Shown here in pieces: positions 14,701-27,503 of a DNA stretch of 64,000 nucleotides. The position numbers and the translations under genes were made by a program. A model generated the notes under the pieces. The model was not told the DNA's origin, did no database searches, and was given only the letters and a program-made list of their open reading frames with translations. The stretch is from Mobula hypostoma (lineage: Eukaryota). Each line of letters begins with the position of its first letter. Positions within the stretch are counted from its first letter, which is position 1. Where the stretch lies: positions 434,001-498,000 of the forward strand of contig NC_086110.1 of the NCBI RefSeq assembly GCF_963921235.1, written 5' to 3'.

Positions 14701-15055
14701 CCTCTTCTCCATCTTCCTTTGATGCTCCCCTCCCCCTTACTTTCTTCCAAGACCTTCCATCCTGTGATACTCCCCATTCTCCACACTTGTATCCCATTTA
14801 CCAATCAACTTTCCAGCTCTTAGCCTCATCTGTCCCCCTCCTGTCTTCTCCTATCATTTCGGATCTCCACCTCCCCCTCCCACTTTCAAAACTCTTACTA
14901 TCTATTTTTTCCGTTAGTCCTGACTAAGGGTCTCGACCCCAAATGTCGACTGTACTTCTTCCGATTGATGCTGCCTGGTCTGCTGCGTTCCACCAGCATT
15001 TTGTGTGTGTGTGTGTCGCTTGAAATTCCAGCGTCTATAGATTTTCTCGTGTCTA
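11790..15055 (+). mobile_element. Penelope-like element (RT plus GIY-YIG endonuclease), decayed
   Basis: KHADKG, GRPIVS, DVQSLYTSIPH and RYIDD RT motifs; C-terminal GVIYFVRCSRCGLLYIGET GIY-YIG motif (~14260); stop at 14560, followed by the pyrimidine-rich terminal region. Confidence 0.9.
14594..14665. repeat. Compound microsatellite (TTTA)n(TTCA)n
   Basis: Directly visible, inside the Penelope 3' region. Confidence 0.95.
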
Positions 15056-16915
15056 CGTTTTTAAATTCACCGCTGCGAAGACTCTTCCAGCGATACCTAC
15101 ACTGAAGAAGTTTAAATCTTCTCTTCGACGGGAGTTTAGTGAAACCCTCTCTCACTGTTCCTCATCTATAATTTCTTCGGCCCTTCAACTTTACGACCAT
15201 ACGCTCACCCACAGCCTCTATTATAGCCATATATCTTTCCTAGGAACGTGTCACCGCCGTCAACCGACTCCAGTTGGATTCAGGATTCGTTTTCGAGCCT
15301 CTCAACTTGGACCTTCTGAGGACCCCAGGTACTCACATTTAATTGACTCTGCCTTCCGGTTCTTCTCACGTTGAACTCTGGGGTTCATACTCTCCGCCAT
15401 GAGGAGGTGCCTGGCGTCCCTATCCCAGTCCCTTTCACATCACCGGAACTCCCACTTCGTCGTTTGTATTGGACCTGTACGTTATTTTATTCGCTGTCGG
15501 ATCCATGCTTGCATTGGCAATTTCTTCGACTTTGTCACGTCCTGCAATGATCGTAAAATCGTCCGTCTGCAGATCACAGAGCCCGCCGTCTCCAACGCTA
15601 GCAGGCGTGAACTTCGGACCGCGGCCCCTGCCGTCGATCTCGGCGGCTCTACCGACCCAGAGCATGTGCAGGCCCGCACTCCACCACCAGCCATGCGTGT
15701 TCCAACGACTATGGACATCTTCAAAGCCATTGCGCAGCCTCCAGCTGCAACTCCAGCCTCGAACTCCAGGCCGCGTCGTCACGTGCTGCTATTGTGACTC
15801 ACGTCTCCCCTCCCCCCCCCCCCCCCACCGCTCTGCAATCCCGTCTCGCTCAGATCCCATCGTCAGCTCCCTGGGCCCTCAAAGGCTTCACCTTCCTCTC
15901 ACCGCAACCCTCCCCTCTCCACTGACACTACCAACATCCCGCCCCCTCTGATCCAGCTCCCAAACTCTCATCCGTGCCGGGTCTTCACTATTCCCTCCGA
16001 CCTTCCAATCTCTGAGGCAGAGTGCTCTGTCCTCAGTAAGGGCCTCACCTTTGTTCTCCTGCGCCCACACCTCAGCGAGTTCTGCGTGCGCCATGACGCG
16101 GAACTCTTCTTCCGCAGGATCCGTCTCCGAGCCTACTTCTTCGGCAAGGACTCTGCTACCCCCACTGATGACACCTTCTCCCGTCCTCAACCCTCTACTT
16201 CTTCATGGACACACCGCTCTGAACTTCTGCCTGCTCTGGATCTCTTTATTGCTAACTGCCGACGGGACATCAACCGTCTCGACTTCACCACATCCTGCTC
16301 CAATCCCAACTTCACACCTTCCGAACGCTCTACTATCCACTCCCTTCGCACCAATCCCAGCCTTACCATAAAACCCGCTGATAAGGGGGGCGGCGCTGTA
16401 GTAGTCTGCCGTCCTGACATTTTCCTTGCCGAGGCAAAACGACAACTCAGTGATCCCTCTTATTATTTACCCCACGAACCTGACCTCACTAAGAAGCACC
16501 AGGCCATTGTCTCCCACACTAACACCAACCTTATCAGCTCTGCGGATCTCCCATCCACTGTCACTAACCTCATAGTCCCTGCACCCCGAGCTTCCCGTTT
16601 CTACCTCCAACCCAAGATACACAAACTTGCCTGTCCAGGTAGACCCATTGTTTCAGCTTGATCTTGCCCCACCGAACTCATTTCTGCATAGCTCCACTCT
16701 ATTTTATCCCCCCTTGTTTAATGTCTACCCGCCTATGTTCGCGACTCGTCTCATGGTCTGGATTTTTTTTCAATGATTTCAAGTTCCCTGGCTCCCATCG
16801 TCTTATTTTCACTATAGATGACCAGTCCCTATATACCTCCATCCTCCACCAGGAAGGTCTCAAAGCTCTACGCTTCTTTTTGGATTTCAGACCCAACCAA
16901 TTCCTCGCTACCACC
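15056..16915 (+). mobile_element. Second, tandem Penelope-like copy (5' half), truncated at an LTR
   Basis: Parallel to 11790-13300 (KPADKGGG, PKIHKLACPGRPIVSA, DDQSLYTSILH); ends abruptly where the LTR starts at 16916. Confidence 0.88.
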
Positions 16916-16955
16916 TGTGACGGGGTCCTGAATCATCCTTATGAACTGTGCTTTT

Positions 16956-16991
<36 letters not shown>

Positions 16992-19900
16992 GTAAAGCAC
17001 AAACACCTTGTTATTAAGAGAGAAGACTTTGTTTGGAGTTTCTGCAAGGACACTGCCAGCTTCTGAGTTCCTACAGGGAGAGAAGGCAGGAGCTACTTGA
17101 TGGACAGCTGGTGTTCAGCTTGCTGAGATAAATACAAGGTCAGCTGGTTTTTAGGCACACATGGTTTTGGAAACTGGATGAGCTTTGCTGTGCCCACAGA
17201 AAGGTGGGTTTTTAGAGGATCGATCAGAAGAATCTATCAGTGGCTCTCGCAGTATGGAAAAGGTGTGACCGGTGGGATGTTTTAGTGTACCCAACCCTCG
17301 CCCGGGTTGATAACTCCACCACTGCAAACGGTCCCCTTGTTGTGGTCACATTCGGTGACTTCTAAAGGATTTCGGAGGACAACGGGAAGAATTGACGGCA
17401 TCGGCTTACTCGGACAACCACAACACCTCTCTCTCTCCATCACTACTCAACCCAATACCACAAACTGGACTGAACTTTACCCATCATCGTAAGACTGTAT
17501 CCATTTACCCCCAGGCTTGAGGAAGCTTGGTTTTATATATTTCCACACTTGTATATATATAATCATTGCGTAGTTACTAATAAATAGCGTTAGTTAACAG
17601 CAAAACCAGACTCCATGGTGTTTTCCATTTTCGCTGGTTCTTTAACCCATCACGGGGTACGTGACAAAATTGGGGGCTGGTCCTGGTTTTGAACAAATTG
17701 TGTGAGGACTTGTTTGAATTGATTGGGGAAAATGCTTCTGGATTTGTTTGTGTGGAAAAAAAGCAGGAGTGGAGGTTAGTGTTGAGAAGGTTCTATTGGA
17801 ACCAACCCCTGAAGCGTTGGAGAACGGTGCGAGGAATGTTCTGTTGGCAATCGCTCAGAAGTTAAGACTAAGAGGGACCACTAAAATGAGGAGATCTCAG
17901 ACGCAGACGGTATTATATAACTAACGGACAGTTTGAAGAGCAGATGTTATAGTTATGCGATGGAGGTAAACTTACTGAGGCTGAGATTCAGCTTCAGGTA
18001 GAGCCATTCAGGCTGGAGGCTGAGGATAGGAAAAGAGAGCATGAGTTGCAACTGAAGCAGCTCGAGGCCGCTGACGCAGAAAGTCAGAGAGAGAGTTCAA
18101 GAGGGAGATGTGGCAGCTGGGAGGCTCAGTGTTGGACTCTGCTGATTTTTACAGCTCGAAAGAGTTTATGTTGATTTAAGAATTTAAAAGTTGTGCTCCC
18201 GATTATGTAAGGGCTTACTAGATGAAGAGCATGCCGCCATCCTGCGGGGTCTACTAAGACAGCAAACGAGTTTGTTTTAAACCACCAGGTTCAGTTTACT
18301 CCGGATGAGAGTTTCTCAGAGAGTAGCTGGGAAGATCAAGGTAACCTTGAATTTGAAACTGGGACAAGTGATGATGGCCCAGGTTGTTGAAGTACCTGTG
18401 TGAACCTTGTGAAGAAGCTCAGTTCAGGTCTGAGGTGTCTGACTCGGTTGAAAGGAATGCAGTCCCTTTGTGTCAGATGGTCTTGGTTCAGTGAATAAGG
18501 GGTTATCCTTAGTACCAGTTGAAGTTGAGGATTCTCAGTCACTTGAATTAGACAGTGTTCTAAAAGTTAGAGATGAGATGAAAATTGTTGAGGTAAATGT
18601 TACTGAATATATTGAGAATAGTGTTGTTTCTGGACTTTTGAATGATGTACTTGTGAAGTTTGGATTGGTTTTGCGCCCTTTGGCCCTGCCTTCAGGACAA
18701 AGGCCTGCTAAAGACATGTGCCACTCTGTTGAATTTTCTATTAACACTTGAATGTAAACAACTTCAAAGTTATGTGGTTGCTTTTCACGATTGTAATGTA
18801 GAGAAAAAGATTGTTTTGGGTTTGAGAACTCATTTGAAGAAGTTACTATGGAGATAGATCGAGTTGAAGGTTGTAGAAATAAAATAAATGGATTGTTTGG
18901 GATTTTTCACAGTATACACATGGTTTCCGCAAGTCTGGTGATAGTGCTGAACTTAGAAAACATTGGGGGGAGATTGACACCTATTCAAGATGATGTTCAT
19001 CCAGCAGTTATGCTAACTAGCAATCTTGCTGCTGCTAATGACCCACACATGCAGACTGATGTTTACCCTGCTGGCGTAGTCACTCGAAACATGTTTGGAA
19101 AGTCTGCTGATACTCGTAATGATTTATCAGCGACTTTCTTACAGCCCCTATTCTAAAAGGACCTAGAAGATAGTAAAGCCGATGAGAGTAAGGTTGATGA
19201 GAAAGGTTTGTCCTTATCTAGGAAGGAATGTATAGAGGAACAGAATTCAGCTTCTGAAATTGACGCTTTAAAGGAGACAGCCTTCACAGAAGAGGAGGTT
19301 CAGTCAGAGTCAGTAGAATACTACCTTAAAGATAGTTTGTTAATGAGGAAGTGGAGACCACCTACTGTGCTTCAAGTGAGGATTGGACTATTGAACATCA
19401 GGTTGTGGGCCCGAAAGTTTACAGAGCTGAGATTTTAAACATGGCTCGTAGTATGCATTTAGATGGATATTTTGGAATGATAAAGACAGCGAATAGGATT
19501 ATGAAGGAATTCTACTAGCCTAATTTAAGAAAGGATGTTGTGAATTTTTGCAGGACTTGCCATACTTGCCAGGTTGTGGTGAAACCTAATCGGGTTATTC
19601 AAGTAGTACCACGTAAACCGTTACCTACTTTTGGTGAACTTTTTTTCTGGGATCATAGTGCGTTGTGTTGGCCCATTGCCGAAGACTGCAGCTGGTTATC
19701 ACTACTTGTTAACAATTATGTGTGCTGCGTCTAGGTTCCCTGAAGCCGTGCTTCTCAGAAACATCCAGGCCAAGACTGTGGTAAAAGCATTCATCAAGTT
19801 TTTCACACTGGTAGGTCTGCCCAAAGAAATTCAATCTGACCAGGGTAGTACCTTTACTTCGAGAACATTCCAGTGGATAGTTAGAGAACTGAGAGCTAAG

Positions 19901-21720
19901 CACATTGTGTCATCTGAATATCACCCACAGTCCAAGAGAGCCCTAAAGCGGTTCCACTCCACTCTTAAGACAATAACTAAAACATATTGTGTGGAAAATC
20001 GAAAAAAAAAAGCTGGGATGAGGTGGTTCCCCTACTCTTATTTGCTGTTAGAGACTCGATTACAATTCATTGGGGTGTAGTCCTTTTGAGCTTATTTTCG
20101 GTCACAGGCTCTGAGGACATTTGACCTTGCTCAGAGAAAAGTGGTCTGATCTGAAAGTAAGTGTCAGTGTGCTGGATTATGTTTTGGAACTCAGATAAAG
20201 GCTTAACAATGCTTGTGACCTTGCAAAGCAGATTTGCAAAACTCCCAAATTAAAATGAAATACGGGTTTGATAGGAAAGCGAGAGAAAAGGTGTTTCAGG
20301 TTGAAGGTAGGGTCTTGGTCTTGTTCCCCCTTTTGACCAACCCCCTCCAAGCGCAATTTCATGGGCCGTACCAGATAATTAAGAACATTGATTCTTTAAA
20401 TTATGTTACTAGAACTTATGACCGAAGGAAGGCTACTCAAGTCGTTGACGTAAACATGCTCAAGCCTTATCATGACACGGAAATATCACCTGTGAGTACT
20501 GTTATGAAAACAAATGAAGCTGTGGGGCCTGGTACCGAGATAACAGATAACTTTAATGTACCCAGTGCAGTCTCCACAAAGCTCGAAAACACTATTGTTT
20601 TGAAAGATATTAATAACAAAGTCCATCATTTGGTGCTTGCACAGCGAAAACAATTCGAAGGCTTAATTAGTAAGTATAAAGATTTATTCCATGACATTCC
20701 AAGACAGTGCACGGCTGCAGTGCATGACGTCATTGTAGGCTCAGCCGAGCCGATCAAACAGCATCCCTACAGAATGAACTTTGGAAAAAGTAGAATGGTT
20801 GAACAAGAAATTGGAATCAAGAAAGAACAAGGAAACAGAGTGGAGGACTGTATTGATAAAGTGGGAAAGGCTAAATACCTTACAAAGATTGACCTGTTAA
20901 AAGGATACTGGAGTGTTCCTTTGACAGAAAGGGCTAAAGAAATATCCTCATTTGTGAAAACCATCTGGACTGTATGAGTACAATGTTTTACCCTTTGGGA
21001 TAAAAAAATGCTCCAGGGATATTCCAAAAGATGGTGAATTAAGTAATTCAGGTTTCAAAAAATACAGGGGCTTATATTGATGATCTGGTTGCATGGAATG
21101 ACACGTGGGAAGAGCATATTGCGGCTGTAGAACAACTGTTTGAAAGGCTGTCCAATGCAAATCTTACCGTAAACCATGCTAAAAGTGAGTTTGAGCACAC
21201 CACTATTACTTATCTTAGCTACGTAGTAGGCCAGGGCCAACTGCCTCCTGTACAGGCCAAGGTTCATACTATTGCTGAGGTTCCCGTTCCGACGGGCAAG
21301 AACGCTTTTAGAATGTTTTAGGAATGGTTGGGCATTAGCGTAAGTTCTGTCAGAGCTTCGCAGGCATCTCTCTCCGCTTAACGAAACTTCGAGGGGAGAA
21401 TGAAAGCTTTGCAGGGAGTGGCCTTTGACAGGAGGCATTTGAAAACTATTTTGTGTTATCATCCTGTCCTCAAAGCACCCGATTTTAATAAACCATTCTC
21501 TACAGTGATAGACACTAGTGACGAATCTGCTGGTGCAGTATTGTTGGAAAAGGATGATAATGACATTGAACATCCAGTAGCTTATTTCTCAAAGAAATTT
21601 AATATGCACCAGAAAAAATACTCTACCGTTGAAAGGAGTTGCTATCACTTATTCTGGCTTTACAACATTTCTCGCCAGAGTTTCAAAGCCACAGAACTTT
21701 CTGTTATACTTGTGGCGACC
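16916..21720 (+). mobile_element. Gmr1-type Ty3/Gypsy LTR retrotransposon (order LTR-PBS-gag/pro-IN-RT-RNase H), 3' LTR missing
   Basis: LTR 16916-17666 (TGTGACG...GTGACA). PBS TGGGGGCTGGTCCTGG at 17671-17686 resembles the tRNA-Pro PBS. Integrase (CRTCHTCQ; IQSDQGS; YHPQS) at 19440-20110 lies before RT (KIDLLKGYW, YIDD) at 20700-21300 and RNase H (PVAYFSKK) at 21400-21650. Confidence 0.85.
16958..16989. repeat. (AG)n microsatellite inside the LTR
   Basis: Directly visible. Confidence 0.95.
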
Positions 21721-21723
21721 TTA

Positions 21724-22965
21724 CACTGAAATCTCAAAGACGGAGCACGGCTCCTCTTATTCAGGAAGCCAATGAGCCACTTTTTATGTTAAATTAGCGA
21801 CGATGACAAAGCCCGGGTTCCACGCATTGCTGCGCAACATGTGCTGTCGATCTTAGAGCTTGGCTTAGAGGGAGTCCGAAGTCAATGCATTCGTTGTCCC
21901 GATGATGTGGCAAGAACAGTAGGATCATGTGACAGAATGCTACTTTTGTCTGACCAGTGTGTCTAGTTTCTCTGGTAAATACAATAATTCCATTGAGTAT
22001 CCTAAACTCCCTTCGAGCATGACACCTGTACCACATGATGATGCTCTTCCAATACATAAGCTACTAGAGACATAGAGTCTAAGGGACACAGACGAAGATG
22101 CCATGATGCACGAACAAGGAATGGAAAACGGCACTGATATTGATAAAGACTTTGAACCCTTTCTGCCGAGAGAACCTTATCCTATAACTCGATCTGAGTT
22201 AAATGACCTGATCAGAGACTTGGTTTTTGTCACAGCGAAAAGCAAAATTACTGCGTTCAAGACTGCAAAGATGGAATCTGCTGTTAGCAGGCACAGATCT
22301 CTCCGTGAAGGATTTCGATATTTCCGTAGGTTTCAATAGGCTTTCAAGCAGATCTTTCTCAGAAAAGTTGATACCAAGATTAAGGAAGGAATTTGTGGTG
22401 TTCCACAAATCAAACAGGTCACCATGGTAGACAATTCGAAGAAATTCAACTGGTACTGGAGGAAATCGCATGGAAAGCATTCAAGGACGTTGATGATCCT
22501 TTTTCTTGGCAAATATAGAACACCAATCTACGTGCAGTTGTTTAACAACATGCTCCAGACATTCACAATCTCGGCATAAAGCATGTCACTAAAGATTAAT
22601 TTTCTGCATTCCCATTTAGACTTTTTCACTGCAAATTTTGGCGCTGTCAGAGTCGAGCATGGTGGAAGGTTTTGATCAGTCATTGCGGTCATGGAGAAAC
22701 TGTATCAGGGCAACTAGTGTCTACCAATGCTGGCTGACTACTGTTAGATACTTAGGCGAGAAGCCTCAGACACTGAGTACAAAGGAAAAACATGAAGAAA
22801 CCATTTTAGCCTAGTTCAACTATGACAAGCGTCAGCACCGTCATTCAATTAAACGCATTATAACAATTAAAAGTTAATTTCCTGCTTCCCCAAATATCTA
22901 CGTGATACAAGTAGTCTGAAATTAAATTTGTGATCAGCTTCGAGCAATCTATCATAAAAACGTTG
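21724..22965 (+). mobile_element. Chapaev-like (CMC superfamily) DNA transposon remnant, internally deleted
   Basis: Left end CACTG. Decayed transposase pieces ELNDLIRDL, KAKLLRSRLQRWNLL, MSLKINFLHSHLDFF, EHGGRF, YQGN and MLADYC match my recollection of Chapaev transposases. Confidence 0.7.
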
Positions 22966-23456
22966 AAACATAGAAATCCCACAGCACAGTACAGGCCCTT
23001 CGGCCCTCAAAGCTGTGCAGAACATGTCCTTACCTTAGAACTACCTAGTCTTACCCATGACCCTTTATTTATTAAGCTCCATGTATTCATCCAGGAGTCT
23101 CTTAAAAGAACCAAAAAAGAGGAAAAAAAATTGAGCAAGTAACACCTTCGAGAAGAAAATCCCGTCCTGTATAATTAGCCATTTCGGACAGGATGTTCAC
23201 AACGAGAACACTGCTCATTAGAGAATGTAGCTACAGGAAAAAAACACATTCATATTTTTGCGCATTCTTCACAGATTCCCGAGTGACCAGTAACAACCCT
23301 TGATGTGCTTCGCTGTGCAGAGATGTAATTAATATGTGTGCAGATTTGAAGCCGGACACGCCCACTGGAACCAAACCTTTCTCGTAGCACTCCTCTCTCT
23401 GTTCATTTGTCACTTCGTTCATTCAACTGTTTCTTTCAGTTTTGTGCTGTGAGATA

Positions 23457-23502
23457 ATGAGACTCTTGCTGCCTTTGATCATCCTGAATGTCAGCGGCAC
23501 CG
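23457..23502 (+). CDS. Leader (signal peptide) exon of an IgSF V-C1 receptor gene
   Basis: ATG 23457, MRLLLPLIILNVSGT plus G, phase-1 donor G|gtatac. An upstream acceptor ttctttcag (23439) suggests a further 5'UTR exon. Confidence 0.7.
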
Positions 23503-23690
23503 GTATACTTCTCTCTCGCTACAATCTTACTTTATATTCAACTGATTAATATTTAATATTACATTTCATTTGTTATTTTCTATCAATGTAGCTGTATTTT
23601 TTTTTTGTTTTTCGTTGAACGCCAATTTCATATGATTTGCGTAATCGTCTGTGTATTTTTCGGACTAGATGTTTGATTTTGTGTTTAAAG

Positions 23691-24010
23691 CTTTCCCAGC
23701 AGCCAAAGGTACCTTGCGTTCACCTTGAGGCAAGATCCCGAGGTTACGGTGACGAGAGGTGACACGGCAAAACTTTACTGCATCTTTCCAATTTTGCCCC
23801 ATAAATACGTGAGAGTGCATTGGTGGAGAGACGGGGAAGACAGTTTCCTGGACGAGAGACTCGACAGAAGAATCTATTCATATTTCCTAAACCAGGGAGG
23901 TGCCATTTTACAGATTAATGCTGTGACAGCAGAGGACGCCGGGGTTTATTTCTGCCGGTTGACACATGCCACAGTTTCAAATGGGACAGGTACAAAGCTG
24001 ATGGTTTACG
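23691..24010 (+). CDS. VJ-type Ig V-set domain exon (NKp30/SIRP-like, germline-joined)
   Basis: AFTLRQDPEVTVTRGDTAKLYC...VHWWRDG...AILQINAVTAEDAGVYFCRLTHATVSNGTGTKLMVY: B-strand Cys, C-strand Trp, D-x-G-x-Y-x-C and J-type G-x-G-T-x-L-x-V in one exon; strong phase-1 donor G|gtgagt at 24010/24011. The 5' boundary is uncertain (see findings). Confidence 0.92.
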
Positions 24011-25793
24011 GTGAGTGCCAGAGGACCAGGCGAGATCTGTCTGTCCCATTCGCTCGCTCCCCTTGTGTAAAATGTATTGTGCTTTTTCTATCTAATGGAT
24101 TTGGGCGTTACTAGGAAAACCAACATTACTGTCACTGCCGAGCTGATTTAGTGATCCATGATTGTTAGAAGCATACTATGTAGCTAATGGGTAACTTCCT
24201 AAATTCTCAACCAACTATCTGGGAGTCAGAACTGATAGTGCTTGATCAGTAAATGCGGCATGCCTTTCCTACCCTGGATAGTAAAATGACTGCGGTCTGT
24301 GGCAGTATTAATCGTATTGATGAAATGCTAATGGGAGGCTGTTGTAATATCGAATGCGCACACTATAATCAACCTGTCGAAGTTGTTGAAAGAGGTTTTA
24401 TTTGTGGTGTCGAATATGCTCGCGCTCAGTGAGACTATTTATTAATTTTTTAAAGTGCATAGAATGACGAATCGTAGACGTGTCGTACAAAGACATTGTC
24501 CCAGCTGAATTTGATTTGCCTGATTTCGGTTTATACTCGCCCGAGCCTTCCCAGCAAGTTTCGGTACAATTTACTGGTTGTGGCACCAGCCTCTATGTGG
24601 GGCAAAAACGAACCCATAAAGTTTCTAAATTTCCGCCCTTACAAAGTGCCTTTTCTTTCTGGAATCACCTGCCACAGGAAAGAAAACGAGATTTTCTGAC
24701 CATCTGGACTATCTCAGCCTCACATAAATCTATAAGGCCAAGATTCTTTTTCCATCCAGACTTCTGATATCATCTCACAAGTACAGTGCTTCTTTCACTG
24801 TGTGTGTACATTTCTCCTGGACCAGCTTCATTGCTGCCACATATTTCTCTGAAGTGCATGCTTTGATCACACTCCTGTTTATTTTCCTGGAAAATGCCTG
24901 GACTTGAAAGACTGAATGATTGATAATGCAATGATGATCTATGAAATTTATTACATGGATCCCTCTTATTTTCAGAATCGGAAACGACGGTACGATCACA
25001 CATATAGAGTGATGATTATGGGCACAAAGTTACTTGAGTCTTTGCATCTCAAGCTCACATTCTGTGTGAACTATTGTAAATGGAGCTTAGCAATGACAAA
25101 TCCATGATGGGAATACAACTTGAAAGGGATTTGGACCTTTCACATAGTCTGAATAATTTCTGTGTCAGTATTTTTGGTTCGGTAAAAGGTTTTCGAATCG
25201 CAGAAACATTTTTTTTTCTCTCTCTTTTCTCTTTGATAAACAATTCTTCTTACTGAACCGTGTTCTTCATCTGGATTTATTAATCAATAAACCTTGTCCC
25301 CTGGTTAGGTACTCTAATTAACAATCAGTGAGAGTGCAATTTTCAAATTGACCTGCTGAACTATTATAAAGAAGTAAAGTTCCTTCAGTTGGGTCACCGA
25401 ATTATAATCGAAAACGGGGCAATGTAACTTTCAATTTAATGCTTTGAATCTGAACTTTTGTACATGAAGCTCAGCGTTTCATTCATTTTGTCTGTAGCTA
25501 CCTCTCTTTTAGTTCCGCAAGATCTAGAAATAGCAAGAGATGTACAAGTTGGCGTGACCCATGAAAACAAAGTATTCAACAATCAAATTTAAAAGAAAGG
25601 CAGTTGGGTTTGGAGGGAATGAATATCACAGAGAAAACAAGTTAAACATTTAAATAAAAAGTTCTAACTTCTCTGCAGAAGAAAACTGAAGGACAATTGT
25701 CATTCCATGAAGTTATTTTTTGATGCTGCAATGTAATTTGCTTCAAATTTGTTAAAAGCTTTGTGTTGCTAAAAAAAAACACTTTATTTCTAG

Positions 25794-26096
25794 ATCCTCC
25801 AACCCCCCTGCGTCTGATGGTTATGCTGCCTAAGAACGAGTCAGTCACCCTCGCTCTTATTTGTAACACCGCTGCGTTTTTCCCGCAAGGTCTGAACATA
25901 ACTTGGTACAAGAATTGCTCAGATATTATACCTGAAGTCCAGCCTATCAAAACAAAGACAACTGCGGGATTGTACGAGGCTTCAAGCTGCCTGACTGAGA
26001 CTGAGCCTGTGGAGGACGGGACAGTTTATACCTGCCAGGTTTCTCACATCGCTCTTCCAAACCCTGCTAACATCAGCTACATTTTCTACAATTCAG
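25794..26096 (+). CDS. Ig C1-set domain exon
   Basis: Acceptor ctttatttctag|AT and donor TCAG|gtaag, both phase 1, in frame with the V exon. DPPTPLRLMV...LICNTAAFFPQGLNITWYKN...YTCQVSHIALPNP carries the C1 signatures C-x4-F-[FY]-P, W and Y-x-C-x-V-x-H. Confidence 0.93.
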
Positions 26097-26749
26097 GTAA
26101 GATCAGTTATTAGCTCCGTGTATTTAGCATCTAAGCGGTTCACAATAAACTACGTTAAACATTTTGCACTCGTTTGGCTGTCCATACTTTATGTACGAAT
26201 ACTGTATGAGTTGATGATCTGCAATCTACTTGTACCTTTGTTGCGAAAATGAAAAGGGCAAGCTCCAAAAGGTATTAAGCTTAGAAATTTAAAAGAATGG
26301 AAACCCCATCACCAAGAATAATAATAACTGATAGGTAAATCTTGTTTAATAAGTTTTATAGGTGGCATCCGTCATTTATGAAAAAAATAGATATATAAGT
26401 CCACATAAGTCAGATACTGAGGACATAAGGAATGGGACCTCAATGTTTCATTGAATCCTGTCCTGTCTTTCCATATGACTGCATCTTATACGTCACTTTC
26501 CTGTCAAATTTTCTGCACTAATATAACGTTGCATGATTCTATCAATATCGGTGAAACTGAGCAATGTCTAAATTAAATATCAAAGCCAAAGTAGACGTTA
26601 TAGTGTTATGAAAATGCTACCTGCAGCAGCATCAGATACACAGCAATAATCAAAATCATATTAAATATAAATTGCAAGGTTATGGAAAAAGAAGCGCAAT
26701 CCTAATAAAAGGTGAAGTTTAGTGAACGCTCTCTCCATTATTTGCTTGC

Positions 26750-27350
26750 CCATTCGTCCCTCCCCATTAATCTACATTGGCGATACTAGTATTAAGCGGG
26801 AAACTGCTTTGTCGAGCACCTCTGTTCCATCCGCCAAAAGTGGAACTACCCGGTGGCCAAATATTTAAGTTCAATTCCCACTCCTATTCCTACATGTCGA
26901 TCCATTGCCTCTTGTGTCTGGATGAAGCGATATTCAGGGTGGAGTAGCAACGGTTTATATTCTGTTTGGGCAGCCTGCAGCCTAATTGCATGAATATCGA
27001 TTTCTCATTCCGCAAACTTTCTCCTTCTCTCCACTCTTTTTACATTCTGCAGTCTAGCTCATACGCCTTCTCACCTGCCTAGCACCTTCTTCTGGGTGCC
27101 CCCACCCCTTCCCTTCCTCCTGTGATCCGCTGTCCTCTACTATCAAATTCCTTCTTCTCCAGATCCGTATCTTTTTAAGCCAGCTGCCTATCCTCCTTCC
27201 CCTCCCCTATCTTTTTTTTTATTCTGCCCTCCCCACCTACCTTCCTTTTCTGTACCAAAGAAGGGTCTCGGCCTGAAACATCGACTGTTTATTCCTTTCC
27301 GCAGATACTGACTGACCTGTTGAGTTCCTCCGGCATTCTGTGTGTGTTGC
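26750..27350 (+). mobile_element. Old Penelope-like 3' fragment in an intron
   Basis: Degenerate match to the GIY-YIG end and terminal region (gggcagcctgcagcct...catgaatatcgatttctc; aagggtctcggcctgaaac). Confidence 0.65.
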
Positions 27351-27503
27351 TGTAGATTATCTCCTGTTTGGGAGCTACAGGAAGCTGAGTAGCAGCAGTA
27401 CCGAGTTTAAGAATAAGCACTTCTTTTCGATGAACCAGCTGTCAAAACCCCGATTAGTACAGATCAGGCAAACGCTGACCCCTTGATAATTTGCACCAAA
27501 CAG

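Noticed and set aside
23970-23976. Heptamer-like CACAGTT at the CDR3 position of the V exon
   Set aside because: It is 6/7 to the RSS heptamer, but there is no nonamer at 12- or 23-nt spacing and it lies inside an open VJ exon; likely chance.
23457-26096. Germline-joined Ig light chain or TCR chain
   Set aside because: The V domain lacks typical Ig/TCR framework (no WYQQ/WYRQ-type motif, no FGxG), candidate TM exons follow the single C1, and no segment clusters or RSS are visible.
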